The position numbers and the translations under genes were made by a program. From Geosiphon pyriformis uo1 (taxonomy: Eukaryota > Fungi > Glomeromycota): 7,341 nt of DNA. Below are positions 1 through 7,341 of this stretch, piece by piece (the first letter of the stretch is position 1; each line of letters opens with the position of its first letter). Under the pieces are notes generated by a model, which was not told where the DNA came from, searched no databases, and saw nothing but the letters and a program-made list of their open reading frames with translations. The stretch spans positions 1 through 7,341 of the forward strand of contig JAAOMT010000383.1 of NCBI GenBank assembly GCA_016748015.1. The letters are read 5' to 3'.

Positions 1-16
1 ATATATATATATATAT
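1..16 (+). repeat. (AT)8 microsatellite, truncated by the window edge
   Basis: atatatatatatatat. Confidence 0.8.
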
Positions 17-371
17 TTAATTATTATAATTTTAATATTTATTAACTTAATTTATTACTTGAATTAATTATTAAATTTATTAATAAAATTAATAAAACAA
101 AAATTCTACAATAAAAAAATTGTTTTCAAAAAATAATTATTAATAACTCAATTAGAATTATATAAATTAAATCTGAAATACTCATACATAACCATATAAT
201 CTAATTACATTCGAAATCAACTCAACTTTGCTTAAAATAAAATTTATTAAAAAAGTAGAATTATGATAACAGATGGCTAAATAATAAAGCTTAACGAAAC
301 CTTTCAAAAGACTAACAGTTAAAATCTAAATAGTAATATTCTTGATGTTAAGTGCATATCTATTTTCTGAA

Positions 372-2120
372 TCATTCATTCTCCTCTTCTTCATCTTCTT
401 CGGCTTCTTCCAACCATTTAGCAAAAGGTTTAGCCTTGTTACGAATTTCTTTGTTGATTTCGGGGTCAACATAATTGACGTTGGCTGTCCTCTTGAAATC
501 TTTAGATTCGCTTTCCTCGCCAGCAATCCAGGCTTGAAATACCTCTTCTTCGATCAATTCGGCTTGATAATATTCCATCAAAATCTTGCAAATAACTTTA
601 CTGTCTAGTAATTCTGGGTACTTCTCTATCAAAATTTCTGTAGCACCTAACAGGTCTCGTTGATCATCTACATTATGGATGAACTTAAAATTGAACGAAT
701 AAGTTAGAGCCGAAAATCAAGGATTTGGCGTTAAGTATAATTTGAAACATAAATACCTTTACAATAAACTTGGCTCTCTTTTGAATTTGCTTAGAAATGG
801 TAGCATCTTTGCGGAAATGAGAATCAAAGAGACCTAAAACCAATATTTCCAACATTTTATCATTTTCCTTGGAAAGACCTAATTCTTTGATTTTTCTATA
901 AATATCCTTGGTAGGGAGACCCTTGTTTTCTTTCAACCATTCGGCAAGCTGATCGTGAGGATCTAGTTCATCAGAACTTCCGTCATCTTCTACTTCATTA
1001 TCGCCAATTACAAGGGAAAGATTGACGCCATTTTCTAAATCCTTCATACGGCGACGAACTGCTTCTGGAGATGTTTCTTCAACCCAATCATCATCATCTT
1101 CACGGTTTGGATCGATAGGAAGTTCAGCGGCTGCTGCGTTGATAGCACGAGTAAGCTCGTCTTCCGAAACTTCTTCCGAGCCTTCACCTTTAGTAGGTGT
1201 GGTAGGACTCTCAGGTAAATCACCATTACCACTTTTCTTGGTGGTGGCCTTTTTTCCCTTTTTGCTTTTTTCTTTTGGAGTGGGTGGATTTTTTAGAATA
1301 TAGGTTACCAACTTGTGACGCATATCCACTTCAGTCCTTTGACCGCAGGCTTTACAATCACGAATAACTTTTTGAGTCTTGCCAGCGATTATCTATAAGG
1401 AAAAACTTGGTTAATAACTAGGTGCTAAACGAATCTTAAAATGATTGAAGAACAAAGCATTACTGACCAAATCAGTTTCAGGATTTTGGCATCCAGCACA
1501 AAGAACAAATTTCTTGATAAAAACATCCAGAAGTTCTTGGAGTCTAGAAGCTTCATGGGCACCATTTACAATGTAACGATCATTTTTATCGTCACATTTT
1601 ACTTGAGCGCCAAGCTCACATCCAAAGAATTTAGTAGGATCTAATGAGTTGAATTTTAATTATATAAGAAGCAAAATCGTTATTATAATCTGAGGGGATG
1701 GAGAAAAATCAAGGGGTAAGGATGCTTGAAACTTACAAGTAGGTGGACGACCTAACGAACGAGCAATATCGGACATATTAGGTACGACTGTTTTAATTCC
1801 ATTTCCTTTACCTTCAATCTTGAGAAGAAAAATGTAGATCAATTATTATCAAAGATATTTAAACCGCAAGAATGTTATGGGCTCATATCTATTTTTATTT
1901 ATTTATAAATTATTCAATAAAAGCTTTTTATTCAGAATCAAGCTTTTTCCGTAAGTTTATTTGACCACTTGTTTTTATCCTGGGATCTTCAAGTTTAAAT
2001 CGATTTTTGTTAATATTCCAGAAATTTGTTCAGATCGGTCTTTACCTTGGATATAAGTTTTGGCATTTTATATCGATAAAATCTGTCCTGTTCATTGCCT
2101 CCAATGTTGAGGGTATCCAT
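372..2120 (-). CDS. TIF5: Eukaryotic translation initiation factor 5 (eIF5), 425 aa; complement(join(372..683,757..1392,1468..1640,1737..1818,2046..2120))
   Basis: Spliced by hand: exons of 75+82+173+636+312 = 1278 nt, in frame, all introns GT..AG. Protein begins [65 protein letters not shown]. Contains the FYRYKMP catalytic Arg motif, GNGIKT, a Zn ribbon (CAGC...CKAC), a Lys-rich linker, a DWEAR-like motif ([17 protein letters not shown]) and W2 acidic/aromatic boxes ([15 protein letters not shown]; [14 protein letters not shown]). Start context aatcATGG is strong (A-3, G+4). Confidence 0.97.
684..756 (-). other. eIF5 intron 4 (73 nt, phase 0)
   Basis: AAG|gtattt...ctctaac (branch point)...ttttaag|TTC links the 685..1329 ORF frame to the 372..632 ORF frame. 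Confidence 0.88.
1393..1467 (-). other. eIF5 intron 3 (75 nt, phase 0)
   Basis: TTG|gtcagt...attaac...tttttccttatag|ATA restores NPETDL-IIAGK. Confidence 0.9.
1641..1736 (-). other. eIF5 intron 2 (96 nt, phase 1)
   Basis: T|gtaagt...cattag|AT restores PPTYPTKFFG. Confidence 0.93.
1819..2045 (-). other. eIF5 intron 1 (227 nt, phase 0)
   Basis: AAG|gtaaag...tttttcttctcaag|ATT joins ISK to IEGKGNG. Confidence 0.93.
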
Positions 2121-2385
2121 GATTACAAAAAGATTTATTAATATATAGAGGATGAGGGAGGCAAGGGAGAGGGTGAAGTTTGTAGTGTTGATAGTGGCGA
2201 AGAATTTTCAAATTAGACAAGAAAGGTTGAACGATTAACGGTGTTTGGGAGTCACAGAAATTCGTCGAAGAACAAAGAGAGATCAAAAGGGAGAAATTTG
2301 GCCAAACAACAGAAGCTTTTGAGTGTAGCGGTGTTTGTGGCAGATCGGTGGTTATATGTTCGCCTGATCCAAATGGTTCTGCTTA

Positions 2386-2493
2386 TTAAGTCATTAACTT
2401 CTTGCGTTTATGTTTCTGTATTAAACGTTTTCTATAAAGATGTTGACGCCCCTGAGATAGATTTTGTCTGTTTTCAGTTGATGTACAAAACAT
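2386..2493 (-). promoter_or_regulatory. eIF5 upstream ORF (35 aa, MFCTSTENRQNLSQGRQHLYRKRLIQKHKRKKLMT) with poor-context AUG and a second in-frame poor-context AUG at 2394
   Basis: Contexts are ttcATGt (U-3, U+4) and ttaATGa (U-3). The ORF ends in tandem TAA TAA. By eye these are the only two minus-strand ATGs between 2121 and 2776. Confidence 0.75.
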
Positions 2494-2545
2494 GAAGCGT
2501 TCGGATAAACAGACAACGTGTGGTAATAGTAACTGCTAAGAGTTG

Positions 2546-2580
2546 GACGGAGGGGAGGAGAATAGGAAAAATAAAGGTGC
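2546..2580 (-). promoter_or_regulatory. CT-rich tract, probable core promoter/TSS region of eIF5
   Basis: Minus strand reads cctttatttttcctattctcctcccctcc about 55 nt upstream of the uORF. Such pyrimidine tracts commonly lie near fungal TSSs; the TSS itself cannot be determined from sequence. Confidence 0.35.
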
Positions 2581-2982
2581 TATTAACGGTTTTCTAAAAC
2601 CTTTTTACAGCACAAGAAAACAAAGGTTTATAAGCTTTTATGACGAAGATCGTAATAAAAAAAATGCTTGATAATACTAAATATATATTATGGCAAAGCT
2701 TTTTGTAGAGGTGCGGAGTTTCCCTTGGGAACTGATTTTTAGTCAAAGTGATTAGGAGCCAAGGAAAAAAAAATTACATAATCCACTAAGATTTGGTGAT
2801 TACGAGTCTTTATTATATAAAAATTCAATTATAAATATAATTTTACCACCAATTGTTTAGTACCACTAGTTTGTCATATGTTAAATGTGGCTTATGCATG
2901 TATAATACATAATTAACCATTCAGATTTAGATTTAGTATTTCAATAATCAATTAACTTTTATTTTTTTAATAAAATTATTTA

Positions 2983-2990
2983 ATCTTTTT
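2983..2990 (+). repeat. Target-site duplication copy 1 (ATCTTTTT); copy 2 at 4695-4702
   Basis: Identical 8-mer at the poly(A) junction and at the point where the ORF2-like reading frame begins. Confidence 0.7.
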
Positions 2991-4694
2991 TTTTTTTTTT
3001 TATTCACTTAATGAGTGAGGTCCAAACACTACCTAGTACTATAAATCAAAGAAATGATTTAAACTAGGCATGAATCATGTATTTTTTACACATAACCAGC
3101 CACTTGAGCTGATTAGAACAACACTACATAGCTATATAAATTGAAACCAGGTCACTTATACCTGAAAAAACAAACAAAATTTGCAAAAACCAAAATGAAC
3201 ACCAAAAGCATCAGCAATGCCAAGCAATTTGACCACTTCAGCAGAAAACCCTAAAGCCAAACCAAAAACTGAGACAAGAGCTAAACCATCAAGTGGAATC
3301 AACCCATTCATCTTTATATAAGTGTGATGCTTAATATGAACTGATCAGACATCTTTTCTAAAAGCAAAACTAAGAGAGCACACAAATTTAACAATCTTCA
3401 AACCAGCAATCTTGGGATTGTGGAAGATGGAGACAGTTTTATAAAACCAACCATTAAAAACAAAATTCTTATAAAGAGCTGTAGATATAAAGGAGTCAGA
3501 AACACAGGATAACAATAGCTGCAATACACCTGAAGAAGAATAAGAGAAACCAGAAATCACCTTTTAGGAATCCACATGAGATTTCAATAACTAACATTGA
3601 GCAGAATTATCAATTTTACAAGAGAACACATGATCTGACATCTTCACATCACCATAATATAAGCACAATATACTAGGATAAAGTCTATTATAGAGGTGCT
3701 TTTGAATGACAACTGGCAGCTGATAGTGCAAAGCTTTCATGAAATAAACACATGCATTAGCTAAGGGTCTGCTGGTAAATCTGGTGGTTATGTGCAAGTC
3801 AGGATGCCATACCAACAATAAATAGAGCCAATCAATCTCAGAAAGCAAACTGTCTGCTAAAAACTTAGAACCAAAACCAACCTCTCAGTGTGCATGACAA
3901 ACTAAATAATAAATATTACAGACAAAATGTCTGAAATTGCCAAAAACAATAATACTATCAGCTGTTACAAAGTGTTCATTTAAGCAAAAAGGAAGATACC
4001 AACCAAAGATAGAAGTGGCACCAGTGATCACATCAGCGTGCTCATTTTCTGAAATGCCAGAGTGATCTTTTATCTTATGCCAGCTATTTCCCAAATTCTT
4101 ACTGCAAATAACATTGACAATATAACAATGTTTAACCCAAAACTGATTACAAAAGTCAGAATACACCAGACCCAATTCTAACCTACAAGCTTCCAAAGCA
4201 GATTGACTATCTGAAAACAATTGAACAGAGTTCAATAAAGAGACACACTTCAAAGCCAGTGCAATAGCCTGCAACTTTGCCAAAGTAGATAACATCAAAC
4301 CTAACACATCAACATCCAAACCCAAATCAATGTCCTCAAAAAAAATAACAGCACCAGCTTTATAGCTAACTGTGCCTAGATTACTAAGAGACCTATCTGT
4401 ATATACCAACAAACTGCTAGTATCATTCTGCGAGAGATAATTACAAACAGACATAAAATTACTAAATTCAAGAATGTTCAAAAAACCAATACCACTCAAA
4501 ACCAAAGAATAAGTGAAAGAGGAACTCACACCATCAAAAAATACAACAGAAAACTTAAACCACTCAGGAACAGAACCATAGGGGTCCAATTTCTTCCAAC
4601 ACTTGAAGATGTACCAATTAAAAACAGCACCATAATGATCACAGAACTGATCCACAAAAGCAATATCATACTGTTAGAAAAAAGAAAGAAACCT
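2991..4694 (-). mobile_element. 5'-truncated non-LTR (LINE-type) retrotransposon with RNase H and CCHC domains, poly(A) tail and TSD
   Basis: T16 at 2986-3001 is the minus-strand poly(A) tail (…gtgaataAAAA). ATCTTTTT flanks both ends (2983-2990 and 4695-4702). The element contains the decayed C-terminal part of ORF2 plus a 3' UTR of about 120 nt. Confidence 0.88.
3124..4694 (-). pseudogene. Decayed ORF2 C-terminus of the LINE: RNase H followed by a CCHC zinc knuckle
   Basis: ORFs 3885..4655, 3591..3848 and 3345..3560 share one frame and are separated only by nonsense codons. Degenerate RNase H motifs: VYTDRS (YTDGS), LAKLQAIALAL (AELQAI), FSDSQSAL, WHKIKDHSGISENEHAD (KVKGHSG..GNERAD). CLYYGDVKMSDHVFSC fits Cx2Cx7Hx3C with C->Y. 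One probable 1-nt deletion near 3165-3170 precedes the terminal TAG at 3124. Confidence 0.88.
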
Positions 4695-5325
4695 ATCTTT
4701 TTATTTAAAATTTATTTATTTATTCAAATTTTAATGGCTTTGTTATTATTTTTACAGTATTATTTTGTATGTTTTACAATATTAATTTTTTTAAAAAAAT
4801 TATCTTATTAATAAAATATGTAATAATATAATTTATTTGTATTTTTTTTATTTAACATATGATTTAATTACTATTTAGGCATGCTACAACAAAACCAGAC
4901 AAAATAAACATTCAATTATGTAATATAAATGAAAGACTGATTTGATGTGACTGTAAAATTAACTAATGTGACTAATAATATTATAATAATAGTGTTTATT
5001 CATAACTTATAGACTTGTTAATTTTAATGTTTCTTTTATTATACTAAAATAAAATAAATATAAATTATAACATAATTAATATAGGATTATCTCTATATAA
5101 AAATATAAATATGAAACTAACTTACATTAAATTTACCATAAAATCCAAAAATTACAGTACTATTAGAAATATTTTAAAAAAAAAACAAAAAAAAAAATTG
5201 CTCTATATGTTTTTAAAATAAATAACACCAAAATTCTCCAGAAATATTTAAATAAAAAAAAAATCACTTATGAAATTTATCAAATAAACAAACATTAATA
5301 CTAATATATGATAAACCTAAAAAAA

Positions 5326-5363
5326 AATAAAAACTTAAAGAATAAAACTTGAAGAATAAAACT
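5326..5363 (+). repeat. Short tandem repeat, about 2.7 copies of a 14-bp unit (AATAAAACTTRAAG)
   Basis: aataaaaacttaaag|aataaaacttgaag|aataaaact. Confidence 0.55.
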
Positions 5364-5431
5364 AATTAAAAAAGATATAATTCCAGAGAAAACAAATATT
5401 TAAGATAATACTGTTTTAATATTAATTAATA

Positions 5432-6541
5432 TTAACTTGATGTGATTTTTTTTTTCAACATCTAGAATACTAGCATTGTTATTTTTGCTATTGTCAAAAT
5501 TGCTAAAATTAATTATAGAAGAGAAATTTTATCTTGGTTTTAGATTACTTTTTGCTTAGTATTAGTTAATTGTTTTTTAGTCTGCTTGATTTGTTGTCTA
5601 ACTGTAGTTAATTTTTCTTTTAACTAAATTAGTTTTTGGTCTTTATTTATTTTTCTCCAAATTTTATTATATTTTTTGAAATTGTTGAATTTTTTTGCTA
5701 TTTGTTTATTTTCTATAATACTAACTTGCTAGTTATTTAAAACAGATATGCTTTCATTTAACAATTATTATTTTTTTATTTTGTATTTATAAAAGAAAGT
5801 AAAACATAAATTATGAACTTGTTGGTATGTTTTTCTTTTTTTTTGCTTTACAAGTTTACTTACTTGTCTTAAATTACAATCAATAAAAAAGTTATGGCAA
5901 TTAATCTTAGTTTTATATTTTTTTATTAATTCTTTAAGAATTTTACCTATTTAATTTCATGTTTTTTAGTCTATTTTATTGATATTAGAAGACAATTGTG
6001 CTTTAATAAGAATAATTACATAGCCAAGAAATTTATTATTATGTAATTTAGCAATTACTTTGCTCTTTTCAGCAATAATACCATTTTTATTTGGTAAAAA
6101 AGCTTTATTAATTTCTTTAACTTGTTTAAAAGTAGCTGGTTTGTAATGTTTTCTAATTTCTGTGCTTCTTTTGTCTATTATGCTATACTTGAACACTAAT
6201 TGCAAATAAAAATGTGGTGGCATGTTTTGGTCTACTAATTTACCAATAGACATATTTAATTAATAACCTACTGGATTGTAAACTTGTTCAATCTTAGCTA
6301 TATTTTCTTTTAAGACTGATAAAATATTTGCTCATTCTTGGACAGTTAAGTTTTTTAAATCATCAACATGCCTCTTGGTAACTATCACTATATGAGCTTT
6401 GGAATTAGGTCGTGGATTAACAGAAGCAAACATTGTTCCATGATCAGAAATAAGGCCTTTAAATTGACCGTTTTCATAAAGAAAGCATTGTTTAATACAA
6501 GCCATGCAATTTTTTACCATATTATTAAATTTTACAACCAT
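5432..6541 (-). pseudogene. Decayed intron-less gene: two tandem HIT (histidine triad)-like domains, coiled coil, C-terminal hydrophobic segment and basic tail; possibly of Mollicutes endobacterial origin
   Basis: ORFs 6332..6541 and 5966..6253 are in the same frame. Read-through gives MVKNCMAC...FASVNPRPNSKAHIVIVTKRHVDDLKNLTVQE[TGA]ANILSVLKENIAKIEQVYNPVGY*LNMSIGKLVDQNMPPHFYLQLVFKY, a HIT layout (CxxC, P-x3-H-x4-K-x-H, GYN-like, HxHxH/Q remnant). The second copy reads GIIAEKSKVIAKL...LGYVII...NINKID*KT[TGA]N*IGKILKELI...FIIYVLLSF. After A-run frameshifts: QKLI*LKEKLTTVRQQIKQTKKQL, then LL*LILAILTIAKITMLVF*MLKKKITSS*. The 3' half is less certain. Confidence 0.7.
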
Positions 6542-6571
6542 GACAAATCCTTAGTCATAATTTAGTACAAT

Positions 6572-7341
6572 TTATTCAAAACCATTTTGTACTGGCTTTG
6601 GACAAATAATATCTTTAAATTTATCTCTGACAAATGCACGAATGTTTTGGTAAAGATATTCATGCCTTTTGTAATCCAAGGGAGGAGGGTTTAGTACTGG
6701 AATTGAAAAGGATTTAATTTCTTTGGTAATTTCAGAAACACTTGCTTTTCTAGTTTTCAAAAAATTAAATTCTGTATAAGCACCATTAACAACCATTTGA
6801 GCTTTGACAATTCCAGGGTTAGCTGCTTCGAAAAGAAAATGCTGATACTTTTGCATGCCATTCAATTTCTTAAAGAAAATCCCCAACACAGAGTTAAGAT
6901 CTAAATATTGAAAGCCTTTTCCATTGTCATAACACTGAGCTTTATTTAATCCAGTTGTACTCGATTTTTTCACAACTTCAACAATATGATCCACACAATC
7001 TACTGTTGTTTTTCTGTAGTTTTTTAATTAATCCAAAACTACCATCACACTTAAATTTGGTATGTCCAGGTACCATGAAATTTAATTCGATACTTTCGTA
7101 ATAACCGCAAATTACTAAATATAGGTACTGACCACCCGCATTATCACAAGTAATCTTTAGATGTTTTTCGCCTTTATTCAGTCTCTTAATTCCATTGAAT
7201 AGCATGCTCAGGGTGCCATTAGGACCTTTCCCTATTATTTCGTTCTCATCAAGAACGTAATTGATTTGTTCGCGTACTGCTTCATCTTGGATACCAAATA
7301 AATGTACTTTACGCGGACTGAGATAGTAAATTTTATTTACT
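6572..7341 (-). pseudogene. 3' part of a DDE/DDD transposase pseudogene, Sola-like / DUF7869-type; runs off the window
   Basis: Frame is open from the window edge: IYYLSPRKVHLFGIQDE...NYVLDENEIIGKGPNGTLSML...KITCDNAGGQ...ELNFMVPGHTKFKCDGSFGLIKK. A frameshift at about 7019 leads into YRKTTVDCVDHIVEVV...KYQHFLF...YLYQNIRAFVRDKFKDIICPKP. The D-N-x-x-G-Q and GHTKF-x-x-D-x-x-FG motifs are typical of this family; the usual NKN stretch after GGQ is missing (in-frame deletion). Confidence 0.72.

Noticed and set aside
342-1644. Plus-strand ORFs 342..608, 1022..1303, 1441..1644 and alternative minus-frame ORFs 326..526, 1044..1232
   Set aside because: Antisense or out-of-frame shadows of eIF5 exons with low-complexity composition.
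1819-2045. Possible intronic snoRNA in the long intron 1
   Set aside because: CTGA is present, but there is no convincing box C or terminal stem; the AAGCTT-centred hairpin near 1915-1932 is AT-rich and weak.
2092-2286. TTG-initiated minus ORF overlapping the eIF5 start out of frame
   Set aside because: Near-cognate start in pyrimidine context with no other support; plausible by chance in a C/T-rich leader.
2031-2349. 9-mer CAGATCGGT repeated at 2031 (intron 1) and 2341 (leader)
   Set aside because: Two copies of a 9-mer are too weak to call without conservation data.
2241-2495. Plus-strand 84-aa ORF
   Set aside because: GTG start, antisense to the eIF5 leader and uORF, no recognisable motif.
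2774-2779. ATG-TAA start-stop element upstream of eIF5
   Set aside because: Probably upstream of the TSS; cannot be placed in the mRNA.
3885-4655. A cellular RNase H1 gene
   Set aside because: Catalytic motifs are degenerate, the frame continues through stops into a CCHC domain, and the region is bounded by poly(A) and a TSD, so it is retroelement-derived.
4703-5325. Very AT-rich spacer searched for TIRs, RNA genes or CRISPR-like arrays
   Set aside because: No regular repeat-spacer structure or tRNA/rRNA motif; a TIR cannot be identified without the other end of the element.
5432-6541. Mitochondrial (code 4) origin for the TGA-containing gene
   Set aside because: Fungal mitochondria also read TGA as Trp, but HIT-domain genes are not a known part of fungal mtDNA; a bacterial source fits better.
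6368-6565. Plus-strand 65-aa ORF
   Set aside because: Antisense to the HIT-like frame, which carries the recognisable motifs.

Overview
AT-rich eukaryotic nuclear DNA, most likely a Glomeromycotina fungus; the retroelement resembles families I recall from Geosiphon (inference). Four blocks, all on the minus strand. (1) An intact 5-exon eIF5 gene (2120->372, 425 aa) whose long, AUG-poor leader holds a poor-context 35-codon uORF, the layout of the eIF5 start-codon-stringency feedback loop. (2) A 1.7-kb 5'-truncated non-LTR retrotransposon (RNase H + CCHC) with a poly(A) tail and 8-bp target-site duplication, heavily C->T/G->A mutated. (3) A decayed, intron-less, bacterial-looking gene (6541/6520->5432) not visible as one ORF in the track: two tandem HIT-like domains, a coiled coil and a C-terminal hydrophobic segment, with TGA at the equivalent Trp-like position of both repeats. 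It may be Mollicutes endobacterium (MRE, genetic code 4) DNA in the fungal nucleus. (4) The 3' part of a Sola-like/DUF7869-type transposase pseudogene ending only 30-51 nt upstream of that gene, suggesting a transposon carrying endosymbiont-derived cargo.
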